Positions 18,603-27,604 of a stretch of 32,000 nucleotides of DNA are shown piece after piece. Numbering within the stretch: the first letter of the stretch is position 1; the number at the start of each line of letters is the position of its first letter. The stretch covers positions 660,001-692,000 of the forward strand of contig NZ_LN831039.1 in assembly GCF_001457595.1 (NCBI RefSeq). Reading direction: 5' to 3'. The position numbers were made by a program, and so were the translations under genes. Source of the DNA: Mycolicibacterium smegmatis (GTDB lineage: Bacteria; Actinomycetota; Actinomycetes; Mycobacteriales; Mycobacteriaceae). The notes under the pieces were generated by a model, which saw only the letters and a list, made by a program, of their open reading frames with translations, ran no database searches and had not been told where the DNA came from.

Positions 18603-18932
18603 ACCAATCCTCCGCGCCTCGGTCCAAAGTTTTCTGCGCGGTGGCCACCTCGGTTACATCTCAACCTACGCGCACCGGCTATTCGGTTAAAGGTTGCTAT
18701 GCCAAGGCGTCACCTTTCCATCAGCGGACTGTCAGAGACATTCGCGTGAGGCCGAGACACGTCGTCAAGTCTCTGCGCAGCATGGACAGCAAGCAGCCGC
18801 GCCTCAAGTGCCTTGTGTCACGGCGCGCAGCGCATGCACCACTACTGTCAGGGGATTTAGCTGCGGCCGCTCGTCGATAGACACATTGGCAACTGTTCCG
18901 GAATTTGTTAATGTGTTTGAGTCCAGTGGGTG

Positions 18933-19946
18933 TTAAGCGGCTTCCGTTTCGGTCTCCTGTTCGGCCGGTTTGGGTGGGTTGATCGCCGCGGATTCAGGTA
19001 GGTCGATGACCTTGGGTGCGGTGTCGCGGCCGAATCGGCGTGGGTGGCGCGCCCTGGCGTCGGCGAGCACGGCTCGGCGCTGGGTGTCTTTCCCGCCGGC
19101 GAGGCCGTAGAACACATCGGCGGGTGTGTGCAGCCCGATGCCGCTGTGGCGGTGTTCATGGTTGTACCACTGCACGAATCGGTCCATGAAATCCCTCGCG
19201 TGATGGATGGATTCGAAGCGTTCCGGGAACGCCGGCGCATACTTCAAGGTCTTGAACCAGGACTCGCTGAAGGGGTTGTCGTTGGATACCTTGGGCCGCG
19301 AATGCGAGCGGATGACGCCCAGATCCGAGAGCAGTCCGGCGACGGTGTTGCTGGTCATCGAGGTGCCCCGATCAGCGTGCACGACGTGTGGGATGCCGTA
19401 GGTGCCGAAGATCTGTTCCATCATCTCCTTGGCCAGCTGGCCGCATTCGCGGGCGTGCACATGGACCCCGACGATGTAACGCGAGTAAATGTCGATCATC
19501 ACGTAGGCGTCGTAGTAGACCCCTTTGACCGGGCCGGCCAGTTTGGTGATGTCCCACGAATACACCTGCCGCGGCGCGGTGGCCACCAGTTCCGGGCAGA
19601 CCGCTTTGCGGTGCCGGGCCAGCCGACGGCGCTCCTTGACCAGCTTGTTGGCATTGAGGACGCGGTACATCGTCGACACCGAACACAGGTAGCTGCCTTC
19701 ATCGAGCAACGTGGCCCACACCTGCATCGGCGCGGCATCGACGAACCGGGCACTGTTGAGCACCTCAACCACCCGGGCGCATTCGGACTCGGTGAGCTTG
19801 TTGACCGGGACCGGTCGTGGTGCCCGATCGGCAGGCGCCGGCGCGGGTTTGGCGCGTCGAGTGGCCGTCGAGCGGTGCATGCCGGTCACCTCCGCGGCCT
19901 TGCGGGTCGGAATCTGGATATCCCGCAGATCGTTGTAGGCATCCAT
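18933..19946 (-). CDS. IS3-family transposase OrfB (rve integrase core)
   Basis: 337 aa uninterrupted; WDITKL, HADRGTSMTS, ESWFKTLKY (DDE core). Confidence 0.92.
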   Translation of the reverse strand: MDAYNDLRDIQIPTRKAAEVTGMHRSTATRRAKPAPAPADRAPRPVPVNKLTESECARVVEVLNSARFVDAAPMQVWATLLDEGSYLCSVSTMYRVLNANKLVKERRRLARHRKAVCPELVATAPRQVYSWDITKLAGPVKGVYYDAYVMIDIYSRYIVGVHVHARECGQLAKEMMEQIFGTYGIPHVVHADRGTSMTSNTVAGLLSDLGVIRSHSRPKVSNDNPFSESWFKTLKYAPAFPERFESIHHARDFMDRFVQWYNHEHRHSGIGLHTPADVFYGLAGGKDTQRRAVLADARARHPRRFGRDTAPKVIDLPESAAINPPKPAEQETETEAA

Positions 19947-20374
19947 CAGCGCTTGGTCGGCGGCGTGTCGGTGTCCGCGCTCTCGGAGAGAGACTCCAAG
20001 AGCGCGTGTGCTTTTCCCATGATCCCCAGGGCAGCCTCGGTGGTCGCCAGCCGATTATTGGCCTGGGCGAGTTCCTTTTTCAGGCGGGCGATCTCGGCCT
20101 GCTCGCGGGTGAGTTTACCGACCTTCTCCCCAGGTGCCTTGCCTTCCAACACCCCAGCATCGCGTTGTTTGCGCCACTCGGCGATCTGCGAGGAATACAA
20201 CCCCTCACCGCGCAGGTACGCCCCACCATCGTTGGTCGTACAGGCCTGCTCATAGGCATCCAGGTGGGCCAGCTTCTGCGCCGGAGAAATCGAGCGCCGC
20301 CGGCGCGGGCCATCAGATCGCGGTGAAGGTGCCACCGCTCCAGTCTCGCGCACAGCAGCCATCGTCGTCGTCAT
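19946..20374 (-). CDS. IS3-family transposase OrfA
   Basis: 142 aa, same as 11083..11511; start/stop overlap with OrfB. Confidence 0.9.
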   Translation of the reverse strand: MTTTMAAVRETGAVAPSPRSDGPRRRRSISPAQKLAHLDAYEQACTTNDGGAYLRGEGLYSSQIAEWRKQRDAGVLEGKAPGEKVGKLTREQAEIARLKKELAQANNRLATTEAALGIMGKAHALLESLSESADTDTPPTKR

Positions 20375-20407
20375 GGTTCAGGTGATTCCGTTCTCGCCCC
20401 GAGATCA

Positions 20408-20431
20408 AGCCAAGTTGCCAAGTTGCTAAGT
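20408..20431. repeat. 8-bp tandem repeat (gccaagtt gccaagtt gctaagtt) at IS3-A2 end
   Basis: Three units here; two units (AACTTGGC x2) at the equivalent end of IS3-A1, 11033-11048. Confidence 0.85.
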
Positions 20432-20437
20432 TGCTAA

Positions 20438-22096
20438 GCCTCGATCCACCGATGAATTGGCTGGTCGCAGGGTGTCGTGACGAGGAAAGTGCCTTCTGAG
20501 CTGTGATGATGAGTGTTCTCTAGGCACTTATCGGCACAACTTCGAAAGGCACTTCCGGTGAAAGTGTCCCATAGGTTCGCCGTGTCGTCGGCGGTCTTCG
20601 ATGATGCCCATCTCGTGTCGTGCGCCGGGCTGGTGCCGGTGATGACGTTGGCGGCCCAGACCGGACTACCGAAGTTGTTGGCCGACAAGATTTCCATTCC
20701 GGCACCGAAGATCAAATCCGGCTCGGCGAATCCGTCCCCGAAGCTGACCACGGTGATCGCCGGCATGTGTGTCGGCGCGGACAGCATCGATGACCTCGAC
20801 TTGGTTCGCGCCGGTGGCATGAAGACACTCTTTGGCGGTGTGTATGCACCGTCAACTGTTGGTACTTTGTTGCGGGAGTTCACCTTCGGACACGCCCGGC
20901 AGTTGGAGTCGGTCCTGCGTCATCATCTGGCCGCACTCTGTGCGCGGGTGGACCTGCTGCCCGGATCCGACACGGGGGCGTTCATCGACATCGACTCACT
21001 GCTGCGCCCGGTCTATGGCCACGCCAAACAGGGTGCCTCCTACGGGCATACCAAGATCGCTGGTAAGCAGGTTCTGCGTAAAGGGCTCTCCCCGTTGGCG
21101 ACGACGATCAGCACCCCCGGAGCGGCGCCGGTGATCGCCGGGATGCGGCTGCGCGCCGGTAAGACCAGTTCCGGGAAGGGTGCGGGCCGCATGGTCGCCC
21201 AAGCCATCGCCACCGCCCGCGCCGCCGGCGTGCGCGGGCAACTGCTGGTGCGTGGCGATTCGTCCTACGGCACCCGGTCGGTGGTGGGCGCCTGCCGAGC
21301 CCACAATGCGCACTTCTCGGTGGTGATGACCCGCAATACCGCGGTTGATCGGGCCATCAGTTCGATCGACGAGCAGGCCTGGGAGCCGGTCAACTATCCC
21401 GGTGCAGTGCGTGATCCCGACACCGGTGACTGGATTTCTGATGCCGAGGTCGCCGAGGTCAGCTACACCGCCTTCGCCTCTACCAAAGATCGGTTCACCG
21501 CGCGGTTGGTGGTGCGGCGAGTCAAAGACGCGAGATTTCGGGACGCGCTGTTCCCGGTGTGGCGGTATCACCCGTTCTTCACCAACACAGACTTGCCGAC
21601 CGCCGAGGCTGACATCACCCACCGCCAGCACGCGATCATCGAAACCGTCTTCGCCGATCTGATCGACGGACCCCTGGCCCACATGCCCTCAGGACAGTTC
21701 GGTGCCAACAGTGCGTGGGTGTTGTGCGCGGCGATCGCGCACAACCTGCTGCGCGCCGCCGGCGTGCTCGCAGGAGGTGCCCACGTGGTTGCCCGCGGCG
21801 CGACGCTGCGCCGCAAGATCGTCAACATTCCCGCCCGTCTGGCCCGACCCCAGCGTCGACCGATCCTGCACCTCCCCGAGCACTGGCCCTGGACAGAGCA
21901 CTGGCTCACGTTGTGGCGCAACACCATCGGATACAGCCCACCGCTACCGGCAACAACCTGACCAACGCGCCGAACAGGCCCAACCGGAGCACACAGGAAA
22001 AGCTGGGCAGACCAGCAACTACCGCATGCCCGCAACACCGAACGCAGCAGAAACCACACACGGACACCTCAAGGAGGGCCGCTCCACGGATTCAGG
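20438..22096 (+). mobile_element. IS1380-family element, copy B
   Basis: Starts CCTCGATCC, ends GGATTCAGG; matching 5-bp flanks CTAAG at 20433-20437 and 22097-22101. Confidence 0.88.
20558..21961 (+). CDS. IS1380 family transposase (copy B)
   Basis: VKVSHRFAVSSAVFDDAHLVSCAGLVPVMTLAAQTGLPKLL...; homologous but clearly diverged from copy A. Confidence 0.92.
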   Translation: MKVSHRFAVSSAVFDDAHLVSCAGLVPVMTLAAQTGLPKLLADKISIPAPKIKSGSANPSPKLTTVIAGMCVGADSIDDLDLVRAGGMKTLFGGVYAPSTVGTLLREFTFGHARQLESVLRHHLAALCARVDLLPGSDTGAFIDIDSLLRPVYGHAKQGASYGHTKIAGKQVLRKGLSPLATTISTPGAAPVIAGMRLRAGKTSSGKGAGRMVAQAIATARAAGVRGQLLVRGDSSYGTRSVVGACRAHNAHFSVVMTRNTAVDRAISSIDEQAWEPVNYPGAVRDPDTGDWISDAEVAEVSYTAFASTKDRFTARLVVRRVKDARFRDALFPVWRYHPFFTNTDLPTAEADITHRQHAIIETVFADLIDGPLAHMPSGQFGANSAWVLCAAIAHNLLRAAGVLAGGAHVVARGATLRRKIVNIPARLARPQRRPILHLPEHWPWTEHWLTLWRNTIGYSPPLPATT

Positions 22097-22135
22097 CTAA
22101 GTACCAGTGGACTCAACTCACCCTGACACCCAGGG
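22094..22135 (+). repeat. 42-bp direct repeat, copy 1
   Basis: AGGCTAAGTACCAGTGGACTCAACTCACCCTGACACCCAGGG, identical at 22318-22359. Confidence 0.95.
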
Positions 22136-22320
22136 GCACGACACGAGATGGGCATCATCGAAGACCGCCGACGACGCAGCGAACCTATGGGACACTTTCA
22201 CCGGAAGTGCCTTTCGAAGTTGTGCCGATAAGTGCCTAGAGAACACTCATCATCACAGCTCAGAAGGCACTTTCCTCGTCACGACACCCTGCGACCAGCC
22301 AATTCATCGGTGGATCGAGG
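22136..22320 (-). mobile_element. IS1380-family remnant (left end plus transposase 5' region), inverted
   Basis: Reverse complement matches IS1380 copy A from its CCTCGATCC terminus to CTCGTGTCGTGC; carries copy-A-specific GGTTCGCTGCGTCG rather than copy-B GGTTCGCCGTGTCG. Confidence 0.9.
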
Positions 22321-22359
22321 CTAAGTACCAGTGGACTCAACTCACCCTGACACCCAGGG
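22318..22359 (+). repeat. 42-bp direct repeat, copy 2
   Basis: Identical to 22094-22135. Confidence 0.95.
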
Positions 22360-22669
22360 CCTGCGCTCGCGCGGTATCACCGCAGCGGGCGCATTCGTAT
22401 GTGCCTCGGTCGGGCAGTCTGGTGTACCGGTCGCCGTATGAGTCGGAGGTGGCGGCATGTGTTACGGACGGAGCGAGCGGGGTGGGCGTGCTCTGAATCC
22501 TGCCGCCGCTATCGGGCCCGTAGATCCTGCCGGGGCAACCATCTTATGTCGGGGACCAGGCACTTTACGGAGTGTCGGTGGGGGTGGCTGAGCACTTGAC
22601 ACTTCGCGTGTGTGCCGGCGGAAGGATATCTAGCAATCTTTGTCAACACGGCGGTATTACCCTGTTCGC

Positions 22670-22688
22670 CTCGGCTCGCGGAGCCGAG
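22670..22688. promoter_or_regulatory. perfect hairpin CTCGGCTC-GCG-GAGCCGAG upstream of the TMADH-like gene
   Basis: 8-bp perfect stem, 3-nt loop; no T-tract, so regulatory or attenuator role is only possible. Confidence 0.3.
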
Positions 22689-22833
22689 CTGGCAGAACGC
22701 CCAGCCCGGCAAAACTGACGCCGAAAGTATCGAGATCGACGCGTTCACCCGCAGAAACCTGCCAGATGGGCAGGATAGAGCCAGGGACACAGCACGCGTC
22801 GGGCCGGCACTACGCGAATAGATTCAGAGGAAG

Positions 22834-24969
22834 GTGATCACGGTGATGGACCCGCGGCACGCGATCTTGTTCGAACCCATAACGATCGGCCCGAAGGTGC
22901 TGCCGAACCGCTTTTATCAGGTCCCGCACTGCACCAGCTTCGGCGTCATCCGACCGCGCGCCCAGGCGGCCTTCCGTGGAATGAAGGCCGAGGGCGGATG
23001 GGGCGCTGTGTGCACCGAAGAGTGCTCGATTCATCCCGAGGCCGACCAGATGCCGATGGTGCTGGCACGCCTCTGGGACGACGATGACGCGGCCAATCTC
23101 TCCCTCATGACCGAGGCCGTCCGCGAGAACGGCGCCTTGGCAGGTATCGAGTTGTGGTACGGAGGCATTCACGGACTGAGCATGGAGTCTCGGGCAGTCC
23201 AGCGGGCGCCGTCTCAGATCGCCAGCGATCTCGTCCCGATGTCACCCTGCCGTGAGATGGACCTCGACGACATCAAAGCGGTTCAGGGATTCTATGTGGA
23301 CGCGGCGTTGCGCTCACGCGACGCGGGTTTCGACATCATCTGCATCTACGGTGGGCATGAAGGTCTGCTCGAACAGTTCCTTTCACCGCATTACAACAAG
23401 CGCACCGACGGATACGGCGGTTCGCTCGCCAATCGCGCGCGTATGTGGCGTGAGGTCGTCGAGGGCATTTCCGCCGCCGTCGGATCGGATTGTGCTATCT
23501 CTGTGCGGCTCTCAGCTGACACCATGCGCGGCGAAGACGGCGTCCTACTCGAACGAGACGTCCTGCCCTTCGTGGAGATGTGTGACGGGGTGGTCGACCT
23601 GTGGGATGTGCACATCGGCGGCAGTGACTGGGGAGATGACGCGACACCGTCGCGGTTCTTCAAGAGTGCCCGAGCGATGGAATGGGTGAAATCGGTCAAG
23701 CAAGCGACACGCAAACCGGTCGTCGCGGTCGGGCGCTTCACCGACCCGAACGAGATGTGCCGGGTCATCAACGAGGGCGTGCTCGACATCATCGGCGCCG
23801 CCCGGCCCTCGATCGCCGACCCATTCCTGCCGGCGAAGATCAAGGCCGGCCGGCTCGAAGACATCCGCGAATGCATCGGTTGCAACATCTGTGTGTCCCG
23901 TTTCGAGCACGGTGGACCGCCGATCGTGTGCACCCAGAACGCCACGTCCGGCGAGGAATACCGTCGGGGCTGGCATCCCGAGCGCTTCTCTAAGGCCGCC
24001 AACGCCGAGAACGACGTGCTCATCGTCGGAGCGGGTCCCGCGGGCATGGAATGTGCGCGGGTGCTCGGAGAGCGCGGTATGCGCAACGTGCACCTAGTCG
24101 ACGCAGATGCTGAGGTCGGTGGACACGTGAAGTGGGTGGCCAATCTGCCGGGACTGCGGGAATGGAGTCGCGTTATCGACTACCGGTTGACGCAGTTCGA
24201 CAAGCTCGACAACGTCACCGTTATCCCGAACACCCGGATGACGCCCCAGGACATCGTCGATTATGGCGCCAGTCTGGTCGTCATTGCATCAGGGGCACAT
24301 TGGTCCGGCCAGGGACTGGGACCTGTTACCCGCAACGGCATTCCGGGTGCGGACACTGAGTTGCCCCACGTTCTCACCCCCGAGCAGATCATGGTGGACA
24401 ACAAGCCGGTTCCCGGTGAGCGCGTGGTGATCATCGAAGCAGAGGGATACCACGTAGGCGCGGCGTTGGCCGATCGGCTCTCAGCCGCAGGCAAGTCGGT
24501 CACGGTGCTGACACACCTCGGTGAGCTCGCGCCCTACACGCACTACACGCTGGAAGCGACCCATCTGCGCAAGAAGCTCTACGCGCAGGGAGTCAGCATC
24601 GCAGCCTCCATGGTGCCCACCCGCATCACCGCGGAGGGCGTGTGGGCGCATTACGCCTACGCCGAAGCCGATGACGCCAAACTCATCGAGGCAGACGCAG
24701 TTGTCCTTGTGACCCAACGGGTCTCCGACACAACGCTCTACCGCGGTATCGTCGACGGCTTCGGCGCGGAAAAGCTTGCTGATGAGGGCATCACGGGCGT
24801 CTACCGGATCGGGGACTGTGTGGCGCCACGAATCGTTGCGGAGTCAGTCTTCGATGGGCACCGCCTGGCGCGGGAAATCGACTCCGAAGACCCGTCGATG
24901 CCGTTGCCGTACCTGCGTGAGCGCCCCATCGCCCGGGAACTGCCGCTCCTGACCGTGCAGCGGGCTTGA
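22834..24969 (+). CDS. trimethylamine/dimethylamine dehydrogenase-like flavoprotein (OYE-like FMN domain + 4Fe-4S + C-terminal nucleotide-binding domains)
   Basis: HAILFEPITIGPKVLPNRFYQVPHC, IYGGH, SDWGDDATPSRFF, ARPSIADPFLPAKI, CIGCNICVSRFEHGGPPIVCTQNATSGEEYRRGWHPE (CxxCxxCx12C), DVLIVGAGPAGMECARVLGERG; real start may be the ATG at 22846. Confidence 0.9.
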   Translation: MITVMDPRHAILFEPITIGPKVLPNRFYQVPHCTSFGVIRPRAQAAFRGMKAEGGWGAVCTEECSIHPEADQMPMVLARLWDDDDAANLSLMTEAVRENGALAGIELWYGGIHGLSMESRAVQRAPSQIASDLVPMSPCREMDLDDIKAVQGFYVDAALRSRDAGFDIICIYGGHEGLLEQFLSPHYNKRTDGYGGSLANRARMWREVVEGISAAVGSDCAISVRLSADTMRGEDGVLLERDVLPFVEMCDGVVDLWDVHIGGSDWGDDATPSRFFKSARAMEWVKSVKQATRKPVVAVGRFTDPNEMCRVINEGVLDIIGAARPSIADPFLPAKIKAGRLEDIRECIGCNICVSRFEHGGPPIVCTQNATSGEEYRRGWHPERFSKAANAENDVLIVGAGPAGMECARVLGERGMRNVHLVDADAEVGGHVKWVANLPGLREWSRVIDYRLTQFDKLDNVTVIPNTRMTPQDIVDYGASLVVIASGAHWSGQGLGPVTRNGIPGADTELPHVLTPEQIMVDNKPVPGERVVIIEAEGYHVGAALADRLSAAGKSVTVLTHLGELAPYTHYTLEATHLRKKLYAQGVSIAASMVPTRITAEGVWAHYAYAEADDAKLIEADAVVLVTQRVSDTTLYRGIVDGFGAEKLADEGITGVYRIGDCVAPRIVAESVFDGHRLAREIDSEDPSMPLPYLRERPIARELPLLTVQRA

Positions 24970-25231
24970 CGAAATGCCTTGGTATAAGCGCCAGAAAAAC
25001 TGACAACCGGATCTGGCATGGGGAGGTCGTCCGGGCGCAGGATTGCGTGAGCAAGCGGCGCCTGGCGGCGACCATTGAATGGGTTTACCAAACGCCTCAG
25101 GGCGAGGGTGTGCGCGGCACGGTATGCGGCGCAAGTACATCGAACGATCGATGTTTGGTTCGACGCGCGGCCGGCTGATGGGCCTCGAAGGGCTGAGACC
25201 GCGGCTGGCTCGCGCGTTGCGCTACAGTTCG

Positions 25232-25564
25232 TCAATCGTTCAGGGCTGCCTGTGGTTTGGTGCCGCGGGCGGACTGAACAGCTGCGACGGCACGCACGAT
25301 CCGCAAACGATCCTCGAACCTGATGTCCTGGGGTAGCCACACAGAGGCGATGGTTTGGACACGTTGCGGTACATCACGCTCGCGAATGCCGAAGAGCGGC
25401 AGAGTTTCCTCGTCTGGCGGGCCGCCGTAACGGCGCCATTGGATCACGAAATCCAGTAATGCACGGTTGAAGTCGTCAAGGCGGGGCCTGCGCTCGGGCT
25501 GTGTTCCCGCGGTACGGCGGATATTCACGCCTGAGGAGTGGTCGCTTGTCCGGTTAGTCAACAT
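25232..25564 (-). CDS. small hypothetical protein
   Basis: 110-aa ORF containing ALLDFVIQWRRYGGPPDEETLPLFGIRERDVPQRVQTIA; composition reasonable for a small actinobacterial protein. Confidence 0.45.
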   Translation of the reverse strand: MLTNRTSDHSSGVNIRRTAGTQPERRPRLDDFNRALLDFVIQWRRYGGPPDEETLPLFGIRERDVPQRVQTIASVWLPQDIRFEDRLRIVRAVAAVQSARGTKPQAALND

Positions 25565-26199
25565 CTCACCCCTATCGGTCTGGGACTGTCCGATCTCAAT
25601 CTCGACCTCATGCCAGTCCTGATCTCGGTGGTACGTGCCTCGTTCAGCCGCGAGCCGACAGCTTGTCAGCGGTCCTGGCGGCCAACTTGATCGAAGATCT
25701 CCGGCGTCGGTGCGGAGGACCCACCTCCCGCCGCCGAAGGTCCATCGACTTGGCTCGCGGTGCCTGACGGGGCACCTACGTCTGGACGACGTTCATCTGG
25801 TGTAGTGGGGATCACATTCAGGGAGTTTCCGGTTCATCTCGCGCGCAGGCACTAGGCGAAGTGTCGCGGTTTGTTCAAATGAATCCGACGCAATGTCACC
25901 CCCGTGCATCGCTCCTGCGAGGTCGTTGATGGTTCGGCATCAAGGGACGACCGTGGTTCGCGCCTGAGCTAGTGCGGAATTCTTTGCGGGACAATGCAGA
26001 GGAACGCTTCTGCGCGTCAGTGTCCTTGCCGCCAGTAGAGGGTTACGCCTCGTTGAACGCGGGACCGCCGGCGAGGATTGTGCAGCTTGGGGTCCGACCC
26101 GGCAACTCAGCGGTGTGGACACTATGTCGACCTCGGCGCTGGCATTGCCGACATTTCGCCTTTCGACGCCGTCACCCCGGCTTGACCACACTGAATCCC

Positions 26200-27558
26200 A
26201 TGAGTTCGTCACTGACAGATGCCACTTCCGTCCACTTCAGCACGTCGGACGCTGCGGACCTTGCGGCCGCGGATTCCCAGCACGTCATCCACGGCTTCAG
26301 CCCGTTCGGTGACCGAACGCCCGGCCCGATCTTCAAGTCGGGACGCGGAATAACGCTGACCGACGTAGAGGGCCAGGACTGGCTCGACGCCTGCGCAGGC
26401 CAGGCCAACGTCGCACTGGGTTACGGTCGCACGGATATCGCGGACGTGGTCGCTAACGCGCTACGCGAGCTGACCTTCGGCACGCACTTTTACCAGCGTC
26501 GCAGCCACGTGGGCATATCCCGGTTGGCCGAACGACTGGCCGAGATCACTCCGGCCGGACTCGATCAGTTCGTGTTCATGCTCGGCGGATCCGATGCGGT
26601 GGAGACCGCAATCAAGATTGCCCGGTTCTCCAATGCTGCCGCGGGACGCCCCGAGAAGACGCACATCATCGGCCGGTGGAACAGCTACCACGGCGTCACC
26701 TACGCCGGGTCCAGCATGACTGGCGATCCTGCGATGTGGCGCAACATCGGCCCACGACTCCCCGGGTTCTCCCACATCGACCAGCCGGAGACCGACTCGG
26801 TCGGCGCCGCGCGCCTGCTGGAGGACGAGATCCTGCGCATCGGGGCCGACAAGGTCGCCGCATTCATGGCCGAGCCGATCTCGACCCCGAACGGTATCGT
26901 CGTGCCGCCGGACGACTACTGGACCCAGATCCGAGAGATCTGCGATCGCTACGACATCTTGCTGATCAGCGACGAGGTGCTCACCGGATTCGGCCGCAGC
27001 GGAACCATGTTCGCGGTGGAGAACTGGAACCTGCGCCCCGACATCCTCACCATGTCCAAGGCCATCACCGCCGGGTTCTTCCCGCTGGCGGTCGTGGCGA
27101 TCAGTGGAGAACTCCGCGAGAAGCTGTCGGCCAGTAGCGACCCCTTCGTCCACGGCGTGACCGCCGGAGGACACCCGGGGGCCTGCGCCGCCGCCCTGGC
27201 CACCCTGGACATCTACGAACGCGAGAACGTCCTGGCCAACAGCCTCATCGCCGGGAAGTACCTTTCGACGCGGCTGGAGGCCCTCGCCGACACCTACCCG
27301 GTGCTCGACAAGAGCAGCGTCCGTGGAATCGGGATGATGCACGCGGTCGACCTCGCCGAAGGCGTCGACCCCGAGTACGGCGCGGCGTTGCACGCCGAGT
27401 TCCTCAAGCAGCGCGTCTTTGTGCGTACCTACCGCGCAAATCAGACCATCGGGTTGTTGCCCTCGTTGACTCTGAGCACCGAGGATGTGGACGCCATCAC
27501 CCGGCGTATGGCGGCGGCACTGGAGGCCACTCGGCCGCCGGCCGGCTCTGGCAACTGA
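26200..27558 (+). CDS. class III (PLP-dependent) aminotransferase
   Basis: GDRTPGPIFKSGRGITLTDVEGQDWLDACAGQANVALGYGR, FMLGGSDAVETAIKIAR, GRWNSYHGVTYAGSSMTG, ISDEVLTGFGRSGTMFAVENWNLRPDILTMSKAITAGFFPL; start at MSSSLTDATS. Confidence 0.93.
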   Translation: MSSSLTDATSVHFSTSDAADLAAADSQHVIHGFSPFGDRTPGPIFKSGRGITLTDVEGQDWLDACAGQANVALGYGRTDIADVVANALRELTFGTHFYQRRSHVGISRLAERLAEITPAGLDQFVFMLGGSDAVETAIKIARFSNAAAGRPEKTHIIGRWNSYHGVTYAGSSMTGDPAMWRNIGPRLPGFSHIDQPETDSVGAARLLEDEILRIGADKVAAFMAEPISTPNGIVVPPDDYWTQIREICDRYDILLISDEVLTGFGRSGTMFAVENWNLRPDILTMSKAITAGFFPLAVVAISGELREKLSASSDPFVHGVTAGGHPGACAAALATLDIYERENVLANSLIAGKYLSTRLEALADTYPVLDKSSVRGIGMMHAVDLAEGVDPEYGAALHAEFLKQRVFVRTYRANQTIGLLPSLTLSTEDVDAITRRMAAALEATRPPAGSGN

Positions 27559-27604
27559 TCTTCCGACCCGAGCAAGGTTCCCCAGCAAACGAAAAGAAAG
27601 AACC

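Larger units (their letters stand above)
18902..20432 (-). mobile_element. IS3-family element, intact inverted copy (IS3-A2); ends approximate
   Basis: Near-identical to IS3-A1 in reverse orientation including the non-coding ends (CCACTGGACTCAAACAC...ACAAATTCCG end; AACTTGGC repeats end). Confidence 0.88.

Noticed and set aside
19044-20255. 403-aa plus-strand ORF
   Set aside because: Antisense shadow of the IS3 transposase; the same shadow appears as fragments antisense to copy 1 (14450..15139 and 11131..11640).
22094-22359. 42-bp direct repeats with a 182-bp spacer as a CRISPR array
   Set aside because: Only two repeats, and the spacer between them is an IS1380 terminus; no cas genes are present.
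22670-22688. Rho-independent terminator
   Set aside because: Perfect stem but no downstream T-tract and no upstream gene to terminate; kept only as a possible regulatory hairpin.
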